64,000 nt of DNA from Acidimicrobiales bacterium. Its GTDB lineage: Bacteria > Actinomycetota > Acidimicrobiia > Acidimicrobiales > SZUA-35. The notes below the pieces were generated by a model. That model had not been told where the DNA came from. It searched no databases and saw only the letters and a program-made list of their open reading frames with translations. Location of the stretch: contig CBDCGP010000016.1 in assembly GCA_965216655.1 (NCBI GenBank), positions 4,031 to 68,030 of the forward strand. Direction: 5' to 3'. Position numbers and translations under genes: made by a program. This document shows positions 55,779 through 64,000 of this stretch, in pieces (position 1 is the first letter of the stretch; each line of letters starts with the position of its first letter).

Positions 55779-56450
55779 ATGGCGCATAGTGTGCGCATCA
55801 GGTTGGCTGCGGTGGTGGCCGTGGCCGTCGGGTTGGTCGCTGTCGCGCTCCTGTCCGGAGGTGGTGGTACCGGTTCGAATCCTCCCAGGCTGCGGGTCTC
55901 TGTTCCTGGTCTCGACAACGAGGTCGACCTCTTCGCCGACCAATCCGAACCCGACGGTGACGAAGGATCCCGATCCGATCTGATCGAGATCGACAGCGTC
56001 GACCAGATTCAGGCGGCGTTCGACGCCGGCCAGGGCCACCCTCGACTCATTCTCCTCGTCGACCCCATATGACCGACATGCATCGCCGGCGCCCGTGAGG
56101 TGCACGACCAACTCACCGCCCACCCGGACACCGACTCTGACAACGACGTGACGGTCCACGTCATCTGGGCGCCGGTGTTGGGCGGTGATCGGCAACGAGC
56201 CCGGCAGGCAACCGCCGCCATCAACGGTCCCAACGTGATCCACTACTGGGACCCCGGCGCCGTGATCGGTGAGTGGGCCCACTCCCGGCTGCCGTGGCCG
56301 CTGGACCACGGCCCGGCGTGGGACGTCTTCTACCTGTTCGACGGAGAGGCCGTCTGGACCGACCAGCCTGGACCGGTCGTGGCCACTGGTTACACGATCG
56401 TCAGCCACCGAGACGACTTGGCCACCGGGTTGGCCCAAATTCGCGAGTGA
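55779..56450 (+). CDS. membrane-anchored thioredoxin-fold protein interrupted by a single in-frame TGA (56070..56072) at the CxxC position; Sec-containing candidate or pseudogene
   Basis: ORFs 55650..56072 and 56100..56450 share one frame. Read through, the product is ...RLILLVDPI-[TGA]-PTCIAGAREVHDQL... with TM segment RLAAVVAVAVGLVAVALL. Confidence 0.5.
56088..56120 (+). other. SECIS-like stem-loop downstream of the in-frame TGA
   Basis: GGCG-(CCC bulge)-GUGAG-[GUGCACGACCAA]-CUCAC-CGCC. The apical loop begins with GU. Confidence 0.3.
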
Positions 56451-56491
56451 TTGTCGGGCGCGAGCGACCGTGCTCAGCGCCAGTGGCCCCT

Positions 56492-57361
56492 TCAGCTGTC
56501 GGCGACGGCGGCGCGGAGCTCGTTGAGACAGATCTCGCTGTGCGTCATGGCCAGCGCGTGGCCGGCGTCGGGTAGGAGGAGGGCGTGCCCGTTCTCGATC
56601 GCATCCTCCACTCGCCGGGTCATGGCTGCGCCGTCGAACACCGGGGACTTCGCTCCCGCCACGACGCGAACCGGCACACTGATCGACGCCAGTTGCTCAT
56701 CGGTGAACACCGGAAGCGGAGGCAGTGTCATCGGGTGTCCGATCGATCCCTTGAGGTGGGCGCTCACGTCGGCCTTCTCGTCGAGTATGGGTTGGCGTAG
56801 GCGGCGCCCGGCCCATCCGCGGATCGGTCCCGGTGCCATGGCGGCCAACGCGGTGGCGGCGCCCCACGCGATGAAGCGCACCATTCTCAGTTGGACGAGT
56901 CCCACCGGATCGAACAGGACGATCGAGCCGGCGGCGCCCTCTTGCACCGCATGCGAGAGCGCAACGTACCCGCCAAGCGACATCCCCGCGATGTGGGGCG
57001 CCGAGAGGCCGAGGAGGTCGATCGTCTCGCTCAGCCAGACGCCGAAGTCGGCCGCTGTCTCGAAGCCGACCTCGGGTTTGCTGTTGCCGACATCGCCCAT
57101 GATGTCGATGGCGACGACGTTGAACTCGGGAAGCTCCTCGGCAAACGGGATCCACCGGAACGACGTGTCGCCAACGCCGTGCAGCAGGACGACATCGGGA
57201 CCTTGCCCGGGCCAACGCAGCGCCCGCGTCGATCCGAAGCCGGTGGAGACGTCGATGGTCTCGGGCGGTGTGTCGGTGGCCTGTTCCCACCGGGCGGCAT
57301 CGGCGATCCGGAACCGCTGCTCGGCTCGGTCGCTCTTCCACGTCCCACGATATGTTTTCAT
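56492..57361 (-). CDS. alpha/beta hydrolase
   Basis: VVLLHGVGDTSFRW...HIAGMSLGGYVAL nucleophile elbow and C-terminal GHALAMTH. Confidence 0.85.
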   Translation of the reverse strand: MKTYRGTWKSDRAEQRFRIADAARWEQATDTPPETIDVSTGFGSTRALRWPGQGPDVVLLHGVGDTSFRWIPFAEELPEFNVVAIDIMGDVGNSKPEVGFETAADFGVWLSETIDLLGLSAPHIAGMSLGGYVALSHAVQEGAAGSIVLFDPVGLVQLRMVRFIAWGAATALAAMAPGPIRGWAGRRLRQPILDEKADVSAHLKGSIGHPMTLPPLPVFTDEQLASISVPVRVVAGAKSPVFDGAAMTRRVEDAIENGHALLLPDAGHALAMTHSEICLNELRAAVADS

Positions 57362-57398
57362 GGTACAGTTGTATCATAACAGGTGCTAGAGTCAAGAG

Positions 57399-58031
57399 AT
57401 GCCAAAGCAGGTCGACCATGATGCGAGGCGACGGGAGCTGACCGATGCGGTTTGTCGGCTGACGCTGCGGGGTGGTCTCGGGTCGGTCACGTTTCGAAAA
57501 GTCGCGGCGGAGGCCGGAGTCTCGGTTCGGTTGGTGCAGTACTACTTCGGCTCCAAACAGGAGTTGATGGCGGCAACCCAGGAGCACATCGCCGAGAGGT
57601 CGACCGAGCGCCTGATGGCCTGGATCAACGCAACCGACGGTTCGGCACGGGAAGTGCTGGGTGCCTTCATCAAGTCGTTCAATCCAGTCGATGAGGAGAC
57701 TCGCCTGGCGATGCTGATGTACGTGGCGCTCTACACCGAGGGTGTCGTCGCGGCGTTGGGAGATCCATCAGCCAACGAGAGTCGCAAGACCGAAGTACGC
57801 ATGATGCACGACACGATCCTCGAGCAGCTGAACCGGGGCCCACTGGCCGCCGGCGTCGACCCGGAAGCCGAAGCCCTTCTACTCACGGCTCTGTTGCCTG
57901 GGCTCGGGCAGTACGTCCTCGACGGGACGATAACTCCAGAGGCCGCCGCAGCCACGATCGATCACCACCTCGACCGCCTCTTCGATATCGCCGCGGGCGG
58001 TCGGCCAGGATGTCAAACTCGAAATACATGA
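57399..58031 (+). CDS. TetR family transcriptional regulator
   Basis: VTFRKVAAEAGVSVRLVQYYFGSKQELM HTH. Divergent from the hydrolase. Confidence 0.9.
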   Translation: MPKQVDHDARRRELTDAVCRLTLRGGLGSVTFRKVAAEAGVSVRLVQYYFGSKQELMAATQEHIAERSTERLMAWINATDGSAREVLGAFIKSFNPVDEETRLAMLMYVALYTEGVVAALGDPSANESRKTEVRMMHDTILEQLNRGPLAAGVDPEAEALLLTALLPGLGQYVLDGTITPEAAAATIDHHLDRLFDIAAGGRPGCQTRNT

Positions 58032-58049
58032 CCGCGAGGATCTGTCGTC

Positions 58050-58505
58050 GTGACCCGATTTGACGAAACGTCGAGATGGCCGTTGGCGCCCATGGCCCCA
58101 TCGGCCATCGAGTCCGGGGATCGAATCAGCTACCGACTGCGCATCGGGGAGCTGGCGATGTCACTCGCCCGAGGCGGGCCAGTTGGCGTCGGCCTTTGCG
58201 GATCGTCCGGCCATGGAACGGCGGTCGATGGATTTCCCCTCGTCGTGCTCGGTATGAGAGAGGTGCGGTTGGCCACACTGGACCATTCGAACGACTTGGC
58301 AGCAGGACCGGAGACATTCACGGGGATGATCTGGGCGCCCGATCTGACGTGGTGGGTCTCCACCGACATCGACCTCGATTACACCCTCATCGGAGCATCA
58401 GCTTCCGTCATCGATGCGCACCTCGCTGACCCTCGGTTCGAGTCTCTTGCCATCACGGGCGCGTTTGAGCTGCCATTAAGGGCTCAGATCGACGCGATCG
58501 GGTGA
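58050..58505 (+). CDS. hypothetical protein
   Basis: ORF only; no recognisable motifs. Confidence 0.35.
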   Translation: MTRFDETSRWPLAPMAPSAIESGDRISYRLRIGELAMSLARGGPVGVGLCGSSGHGTAVDGFPLVVLGMREVRLATLDHSNDLAAGPETFTGMIWAPDLTWWVSTDIDLDYTLIGASASVIDAHLADPRFESLAITGAFELPLRAQIDAIG

Positions 58506-58934
58506 GGAGTTGCGAGCGGACGACAGAGCTTTTTGGCTGCTACGGGTACTCTTTGTGCAACGGTCGTGCTGGTCAGGCTTCTACTACTCGTACTCGACGC
58601 CCTTCGGCTGACCGTCGCTGACGGTGTCGAGATTATCCCGTCGTGAAGCAAGTCGATAACGCCAGCACTCGCGCACGGTGGAGGAGCGTTTCCAAGCGGT
58701 GATACCCGAGCGGCCGCAAGGCGAAGCGACCGGATCAGTCCGCCCGCTCGTAGGTGCCGATCTGGCTCGGGTGGGGGTCGCTCTCGTGGCCAGCGATATG
58801 TGCGTCTCCGGCATTGGATGGCTGAGTCGATCAGATTTTTCTTGCGTGCGAGTGTCACAGTCGTGGTGTTCGTTGTCTCTTACTTCTGTGTGGCCGGCAT
58901 CGGGTTGGACACCTCGAGGAAAGAAGATGAGATC

Positions 58935-59246
58935 ATGAACGAAATGGCTGTGGAATTGGTGAGCTTCACGATTGACCCGGAAACGGAGGCGGACATGATG
59001 GCTGCACGTCCCGACGCGGTTGGTGCAATCCGCAGTGCGTGCCCGGGGCTGATCGATGCTCGCCTGTTTCGAGGCGAAGAGTCCGGAGCGTGGATCGACG
59101 TGTGGTTCTGGGAGAGCCTCGAAGCCGCGAAGGCCGCTGCCGAGATGGCGATGACGCTGCCGGAGGCGGGCAAGTTCTTCTCGTTCATCATCGCGCCGCC
59201 CGTTATGTCGCATGGCACTCTCGCCGCCGAGGATCTTGGTGACTGA
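58935..59246 (+). CDS. small dimeric alpha/beta-barrel (ABM-like) protein
   Basis: VELVSFTIDPETEADM...WIDVWFWESLEAAKAA. The ATG at 58935 follows AGGAAAG. Confidence 0.5.
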   Translation: MNEMAVELVSFTIDPETEADMMAARPDAVGAIRSACPGLIDARLFRGEESGAWIDVWFWESLEAAKAAAEMAMTLPEAGKFFSFIIAPPVMSHGTLAAEDLGD

Positions 59247-60084
59247 CACCGACCCGCTTTCAGCCACGGTGGCACGAGCCGTGAACGGCGATGCCGACGC
59301 TCTGGAAGTCGTCTGCCGGTCATTGCAGGATCCGATCTACCGACTTGCGATGCGGATGTTCTCACATCCCGAGGACGCCGCTGATGCGACGCAGGAGGCG
59401 TTGATCCGAGTAGTCACGAACCTTGCTTCGTTCGAGGGACGGTCGAAGGTGACGACTTGGGCGTACACCATCGCTTCCCATCAGTTTCTCCGGATGAAGA
59501 CGCAGCGGCTCGAAGCAACCGTCGGTAGCGCTGACGACTTCGGCAGCTGGATCGACCAGCACCGGTCGGTGCCGTCTGTGGAAGCGAGCTCAGCTGTGGA
59601 GTTCGATGAGCTGTGCGGTGATGTACGAATCGCGTGCACGTACGGAATGCTGCTGTGTCTGTCTCGGCCTGTGCGACTCGCCTATCTGCTGGGAGACGTC
59701 ATCGGTCTCAGCGATGTAGAAGGGGCGGAGGCCTGCGAGACGACGCCGGCAGCATTCCGGCAACGCCTCGCGCGGGCACGCAAGACGATGCGCTCGATCA
59801 TGGGTCAACGGTGCGGGTTGATCCGCGCTGACAACCCCTGCCGCTGCTCGCAACTCGTCGACTCGAGTATCGAGGCAGGAATCCTCGATCCCGAAAAGCC
59901 GCTGTTCGCAGACCACGTCGGCGTCGATGGGGTCATTGACCACGGCGTTCTCGCGGCTGCTGCCAGCGAGCTGGATCAGGCTGTGTCGATTGCAGAGGTC
60001 TACCGATCGGACCCCAAGTGGATCGGACCCAAACAAGTCATGTCGACCATCAGGGTGTCACTGCCGACGCTGCTCGAATCGTGA
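59236..60084 (+). CDS. ECF-type sigma-70 family sigma factor with ~95-aa Cys-containing C-terminal extension
   Basis: Sigma-2 region IYRLAMRMFSHPEDAADATQEALIRV...WAYTIASHQF. Sigma-4 region LGDVIGLSDVEGAEACETTPAAFRQRLARARKTM. This is followed by CGLIRADNPCRCSQLV... The start is TTG/GTG 59236-59239 or 59212. Confidence 0.85.
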   Translation: MVTDTDPLSATVARAVNGDADALEVVCRSLQDPIYRLAMRMFSHPEDAADATQEALIRVVTNLASFEGRSKVTTWAYTIASHQFLRMKTQRLEATVGSADDFGSWIDQHRSVPSVEASSAVEFDELCGDVRIACTYGMLLCLSRPVRLAYLLGDVIGLSDVEGAEACETTPAAFRQRLARARKTMRSIMGQRCGLIRADNPCRCSQLVDSSIEAGILDPEKPLFADHVGVDGVIDHGVLAAAASELDQAVSIAEVYRSDPKWIGPKQVMSTIRVSLPTLLES

Positions 60085-60802
60085 CAACGAAGTCTTTCGT
60101 CGCCGGTCTCGACGCGAAGCTCACAGGTGTCGCCGCCGAGAAGACAAAGCAATGGTGGGAGCGATACCTCAAGGGCGACGCGCTCCTCCGTGGTGTGAAG
60201 GTGGCAGACACCAGACGAGCCGTGACTGCCCTAGTCGAGGAGCACGGGTTCGACACAGGGAACGCTGCAGCAATATTCGAATACGCACATGCGTGCTTCG
60301 AGCAGCCATGGTCAGAGGACAAGCTTGCCGGGGTCCTGCTCCTGGCTGAACATGGTCTCCACGCTCTCACCATCGACGACATCGAGGCTCTCGCTGTACC
60401 GTTGGGCAGTTGGGCATCTCGCTGACTGGAACACAGTTGACTGGTACTGCGTCAAGGTGCTCGGACCATTCCTCACCACCGGAGTAGACGTCGAGGCGCG
60501 TTGTAGAACGCTGGCTGAGTGGGTCCCGTGCCGAGGGTCTCTGGCAGCGGCGCGCTGGAGTTGTCGCGTTCGTCAACCATGCCGCGCCGAGCCCTGAACT
60601 CTTCGACGGCTTCACCGACCTGCTCTTCGAGGTCGCCGACACAAACGCCACGGACCCGGCCCGGTGGAGCCAAACGAGTGTGGGTTGGCTGCTTCGCGAA
60701 CTCTCTCGACGCTGCCCGAACGAAGTCAAAGACTTCGTTCACGACCACCGCGCTATGAGCGACGAGGCGCGGCGGAATTCATTGAAGTACCTGAAACGCT
60801 GA
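60081..60802 (+). pseudogene. DNA alkylation repair (AlkD/AlkC-like HEAT-repeat) protein with two frameshifts
   Basis: Three consecutive frames read as follows: VTTKSFVAGL...WWERYLKGD...LAVPL / GHLADWNTVDWYCVKVLGPF...LAEW / AEGLWQRRAGVVAFVNH...VGWLLRELSRR...ARRNSLKYLKR. GTGA overlap with the sigma stop. Confidence 0.65.
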
Positions 60803-61014
60803 TCCTGCCTAGGCGATCAGAACAACGCTGTAGCGACCGCACACGCCCGCCCGCTATCCGGCAATGAGGAGCGGCCCTGCCCAAGGCCGGAAGCGAGCGG
60901 AGCCGCCTGTGGTGCCGCTCGACAACGTTCGGCTCCGGGCCAATCGAGGCGCAACACTGCGAAGCACGACTGGAGCGTCCGATATCGCTCTGCGCATGGC
61001 TGTGGCGCGAAGAT

Positions 61015-61581
61015 GTGTCGGTGCTGACGGAGGTGACGAGACCCAGGCACCCGGTGGTCGTCGAGATCGGCTGCGGACCCGGTGGTCGCCGCCAGACTGA
61101 TACAACGGCACCGTGGATCGGTGTTGATGTCGATCTAAGCGCCTTACAGATGGCAAAGCGCGATCCCAGCCGGAGGACGTACCTCTGCGCTGACGCTCTC
61201 GCCTTGCCAATCCGATCGTCAACCTGCGATCAGCTCATCGTCGAGTCCGTGCTCCACCACCTCGTACCGACCGATGACGCTCTACGGGAACTGGCCAGGG
61301 TTCTGACCCCGGCTGGTCGACTGCATATCACCGACGGTGTCGCCCTTTCCCCCGACGAGGCGGCAACACTCGACGCCGAGCTGCGGGCCGCCGGTCACCC
61401 AACCGAACCGGTCTACGGTTTCGACCTCGACGAACTGACGGTTATGGCTGCCGGAGCCGGATTGAGTGTCGTTGACATCCAACCCAATGGACGCTCGACG
61501 TTCGCCACGCCACCGTTCGTGTCCCGGACTTACTCCACTGAGCGATTCACCCTCATAGCTGAGCAGACCACCAACAGTTGA
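61015..61581 (+). CDS. class I SAM-dependent methyltransferase
   Basis: Motif I VVEIGCGPG, and later DQLIVESVLHHL. Confidence 0.8.
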   Translation: MSVLTEVTRPRHPVVVEIGCGPGGRRQTDTTAPWIGVDVDLSALQMAKRDPSRRTYLCADALALPIRSSTCDQLIVESVLHHLVPTDDALRELARVLTPAGRLHITDGVALSPDEAATLDAELRAAGHPTEPVYGFDLDELTVMAAGAGLSVVDIQPNGRSTFATPPFVSRTYSTERFTLIAEQTTNS

Positions 61582-61641
61582 GCGGCGAACCGAAATACCG
61601 AAGTCGCGGGACGAATCGAGATTTGATTCGCCGGAGCTGCG

Positions 61642-61713
61642 AGCGGACGATGGGAATCGAACCCACATCATCAGCTTGGAAGGCTGAGGTTCTAGCCGTT
61701 GAACTACGTCCGC
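61642..61713 (-). tRNA. tRNA-Gly (anticodon TCC)
   Basis: The reverse complement GCGGACGTAGTTCAACGGCTAGAACCTCAGCCTTCCAAGCTGATGATGTGGGTTCGATTCCCATCGTCCGCT folds as a cloverleaf by hand. Confidence 0.9.
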
Positions 61714-61763
61714 AGGAACGTCCAATCTAGCGGCACGAGGGGCGACGCGTGGCGATTTTGCCG

Positions 61764-63056
61764 CTACGAGGTAGTCGACGGGTCGGTTACCCGACCCAGG
61801 AACAGGATCGTGCCCGCACCCCGGTCGCGGATCAGGTAGAGGAACGGGCGGTCGATCATGACCGTGGGGCCGTGCGACGTCACCATTGCACCGCCGGTAG
61901 CCGCGGCCGCCCTGGTGCCCTCCTCGTCGACCTCGATGAAGGCCTCGTGTTCAACGGTGTCGAGCCACAGTCCACCGCCATCGAGCATCCCGGTGAAGTC
62001 GGCACCCGCCCCGAAGGCCGACGGCATACCCATCGAGCTCAATGCGTCGTTGAGCCGGACGTGGGTCCGGTCGCTGAACCGGGGGATGGTCAGGTGGATG
62101 CCGCCCTCGGTTAGCGAGTTGGTCACTGTGTCGAGCTTCTCCGCCGTCAGGTCGGCCTCGAACGCACCGAGGTCGGTTGGCTCGATGACGACCATCGAGA
62201 GCGCGCCGCCGGCGTAGGGCAGCTCCACGGCTTCGTAGTCGTCGCCAAACCCAGAAGGCAGGAACTCGCCGTAGCGCATCATCGGCACCTGCACCTGCGA
62301 CCGGTCGGCCAGCGTGAACGCACCGTTCGACGTCGACGCCGGGTCGAAGGGGAACTCCCACGGGGCGTCGAGCGCAATGGCGTTGACCAGAACCAGGCGG
62401 GTGCTCGGACCGATCGACCCGGCGGGGAACAGCTCGTCGATCCGGTCCCGGGTCCGCTCGGCCACCCAGTCGTTGATGACGCCTCGTTCGGATTCGGCGT
62501 CGGCGGCGAACTGCGCCTCGGCCAGCGGCGAGCCGTAGACACCGGTCAACACGTCGAGGTAGTCGTCCCGTAGCGGGAGGCCCGGTTCGGTCCACACCTT
62601 GTTGGCCGACCGCCACTCGGTCGGACTGCCGCTCGTGCGGGCGTGGAGGCTGAGGTCGTAGGCATTGATGCCCTCCTGCCAGTCGGCGGCCGGGAGTTCA
62701 TCGGCGTGCAACACCGAGCGCATCTCGGCGGCCGTGTCGCCAGCCGCTCCGGCGTAGATCATGCCGAGGGCGAACGTGACGCTGTAGGGGCTGGCCACGA
62801 AGTTGCCGTCCTCGGTGGCGGCCAGCGACCGGTACAGGTCGAGGGAGAACTCGTTGATCCCCTGAACGGCCGCCGTGACATTGGCGCCGTCGGCATCGAT
62901 GTCGATGTCTCGCTCGGTCAGTGCGCCGAAGCGCAACACCATCCCGTCGACCGGTGGGGCGATCGCGGCGGTCCCCGCATCCCCGCAGGCCACAGCCACG
63001 AGCGCCAAGACGACGGCGATCGCCGGCAGACGGAACAGAAGGCGTCGATGGTCCAT
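61764..63056 (-). CDS. serpin family serine protease inhibitor, lipoprotein signal
   Basis: Lipobox LVAVACG. SPYSVTFALGMIYAGA. Hinge/RCL EEGTRAAAATGGAMVTSHGP. DRPFLYLIRD. Confidence 0.9.
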   Translation of the reverse strand: MDHRRLLFRLPAIAVVLALVAVACGDAGTAAIAPPVDGMVLRFGALTERDIDIDADGANVTAAVQGINEFSLDLYRSLAATEDGNFVASPYSVTFALGMIYAGAAGDTAAEMRSVLHADELPAADWQEGINAYDLSLHARTSGSPTEWRSANKVWTEPGLPLRDDYLDVLTGVYGSPLAEAQFAADAESERGVINDWVAERTRDRIDELFPAGSIGPSTRLVLVNAIALDAPWEFPFDPASTSNGAFTLADRSQVQVPMMRYGEFLPSGFGDDYEAVELPYAGGALSMVVIEPTDLGAFEADLTAEKLDTVTNSLTEGGIHLTIPRFSDRTHVRLNDALSSMGMPSAFGAGADFTGMLDGGGLWLDTVEHEAFIEVDEEGTRAAAATGGAMVTSHGPTVMIDRPFLYLIRDRGAGTILFLGRVTDPSTTS

Positions 63057-63066
63057 ACAAATGTGA

Positions 63067-63096
63067 CGCACGGGAACACCATTCGGTTCCCGTGCG
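63067..63096 (-). terminator. 11-bp perfect hairpin downstream of the CHRD gene
   Basis: cgcacgggaac-accattcg-gttcccgtgcg. Confidence 0.5.
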
Positions 63097-63103
63097 CCAC
63101 ACG

Positions 63104-63142
63104 TCAGATCGGCTCCTTCAGATCGGCTCCTTCAGATCGGCT
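63104..63142. repeat. 14-nt tandem repeat (tcagatcggctcct) x ~2.8
   Basis: Direct inspection. Intergenic, between the stop at 63156 and the hairpin. Confidence 0.8.
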
Positions 63143-63155
63143 ACATCGTCGTTGG

Positions 63156-64000
63156 TTACTTCGAGAGCTGACCCCGGATCTCGCCCGACGGGACCGCCGT
63201 GGTGTGAATGTTGATGTAGTAGTTCTGCGGGTTGTTGCGGATGTCTCGGATCAGATCCGCATCGACGCCGCCGATACAGGCTTCGAACTCGGCGCTGTCG
63301 ACGCCGAGGTCGACGACCACGCCACCGTTCACTCCGGCCGCCCCGACGTGGATGTGTCCGGCCACGACGTCACCGGCGAGATCCTCGGCTTCGATCTCGA
63401 CACAGATCCGGCCTCGACCCTGGTTGAGGGTGACCTCGGCTTCGCCCGATGCGCCGGTGCCACTGGGCGGAACCTCGTTGGCCGACGACAGGTCCGCCTC
63501 CAGCTCGCGCCCGGCGTCGTCGTCGTTGTCGTTGTCGTCGGTTCGGACGATCTTGAACACCTGCCCGGTGGTTCCGACCGGGGTGAAGCCTTGCTGACCC
63601 ATCACATACAGCTCACCGCGGTCGTCCTCGCCGAACCCGGCGATGAACATACCGATCGGGCCACCGGCCGGAATCAGCTCGACCGTCTCGCCATCGTCGA
63701 TGGTGAACAGCCGGCCCAGGAAGTCGGCGAAGATATAGGCGTCGCGCAGGTCCTTCACCCGGTTGCTCCGGTAGACGAAGCCGCCCGTGACCGAGATGCC
63801 CTCGTCGTGGTCGTACTGGGCGATCGGATCGATCATCCCGGCCGGAACGCCGGGCGAGTCGGTCGTCGTGAAGCCTGGATCGGCGCCGTTCATGTCGAAC
63901 AGGAACGTGCCCTCCTTGACCGGCCACCCGTAGTTGCCGCCGCTGACCACGATGTCGACCTCCTCGATGTCGTTCTGGCCGACATCGGCGGCGTAGAGCT
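63156..64000 (-). CDS. PQQ-dependent sugar dehydrogenase-like beta-propeller with C-terminal CHRD domain; 5' end lies outside the window
   Basis: GNYGWPVKEG (SGDH motif). CHRD region ANEVPP...GHIHVGAAGVNGGVVVDL...NIHTTAVPSGEIRGQL. The frame is open to the window end. Confidence 0.8.
   Translation of the reverse strand, partial: LYAADVGQNDIEEVDIVVSGGNYGWPVKEGTFLFDMNGADPGFTTTDSPGVPAGMIDPIAQYDHDEGISVTGGFVYRSNRVKDLRDAYIFADFLGRLFTIDDGETVELIPAGGPIGMFIAGFGEDDRGELYVMGQQGFTPVGTTGQVFKIVRTDDNDNDDDAGRELEADLSSANEVPPSGTGASGEAEVTLNQGRGRICVEIEAEDLAGDVVAGHIHVGAAGVNGGVVVDLGVDSAEFEACIGGVDADLIRDIRNNPQNYYINIHTTAVPSGEIRGQLSK

Noticed and set aside
57362-57398. TetR operator in the 37-bp divergent spacer (acagttgtatcataacagg).
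   Set aside because: Only imperfect, short symmetry is present (TGTAT/ATAACA). This is not enough to call a site.

Overview
High-GC, Actinomycetota-like chromosomal segment, densely coded on both strands. From left to right it contains five blocks.

(1) 1-4.4 kb holds acyl-CoA metabolism genes (carboxylase BCCP tail, acyl-CoA dehydrogenase, crotonase), a photolyase and a PhyH-type dioxygenase.

(2) 5.4-26.8 kb is a large aromatic-catabolism neighbourhood. It holds four MhpD/XylI-type hydratase/decarboxylase paralogues, a 4-OT tautomerase, a Rieske oxygenase and two tandem extradiol dioxygenases. It also holds a split PEP-synthase-like (phenylphosphate-synthase-like) pair with a histidine phosphatase, an IclR regulator, a HAD/RidA/ACMSD-like module, and boxB-boxC with a divergent PaaX-type regulator.

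(3) 26.8-31.1 kb holds a sulfatase, an E2-catalytic-domain protein, a VapBC-like TA pair and a GNAT.

(4) 31.1-41.0 kb is a ~9.8 kb island. It is bounded by a 94-bp direct repeat that duplicates the 3' half of tRNA-Lys(CTT) plus its terminator hairpin. The island carries YefM/RelE, an archaeal-type ProRS, a frameshifted hydrolase, an amidase, a decayed repeat protein and an IS630 remnant. A tRNA-Lys/His/Arg cluster follows it.

(5) 41.7-64 kb is a mixed accessory and housekeeping region. It includes an Rpf-like transglycosylase, surface proteins, a DddP-like M24 enzyme, FAH, a DtxR/IdeR regulator, a cNMP-CBS-nucleotidyltransferase + exonuclease pair and a PhoX-like protein. It also includes an 847-aa C-type-lectin/TSP3/DUF4214 protein, a TetR/hydrolase pair, an ECF sigma, tRNA-Gly, a serpin and a PQQ-SGDH/CHRD protein.

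The most unusual single observation is a thioredoxin-fold gene at 55779..56450. Its only interruption is an in-frame TGA exactly at the first Cys of the CxxC motif (U-P-T-C), and a SECIS-like hairpin follows it. Several genes carry frameshifts, which may be real decay or assembly error. No rRNA and no CRISPR array were seen.
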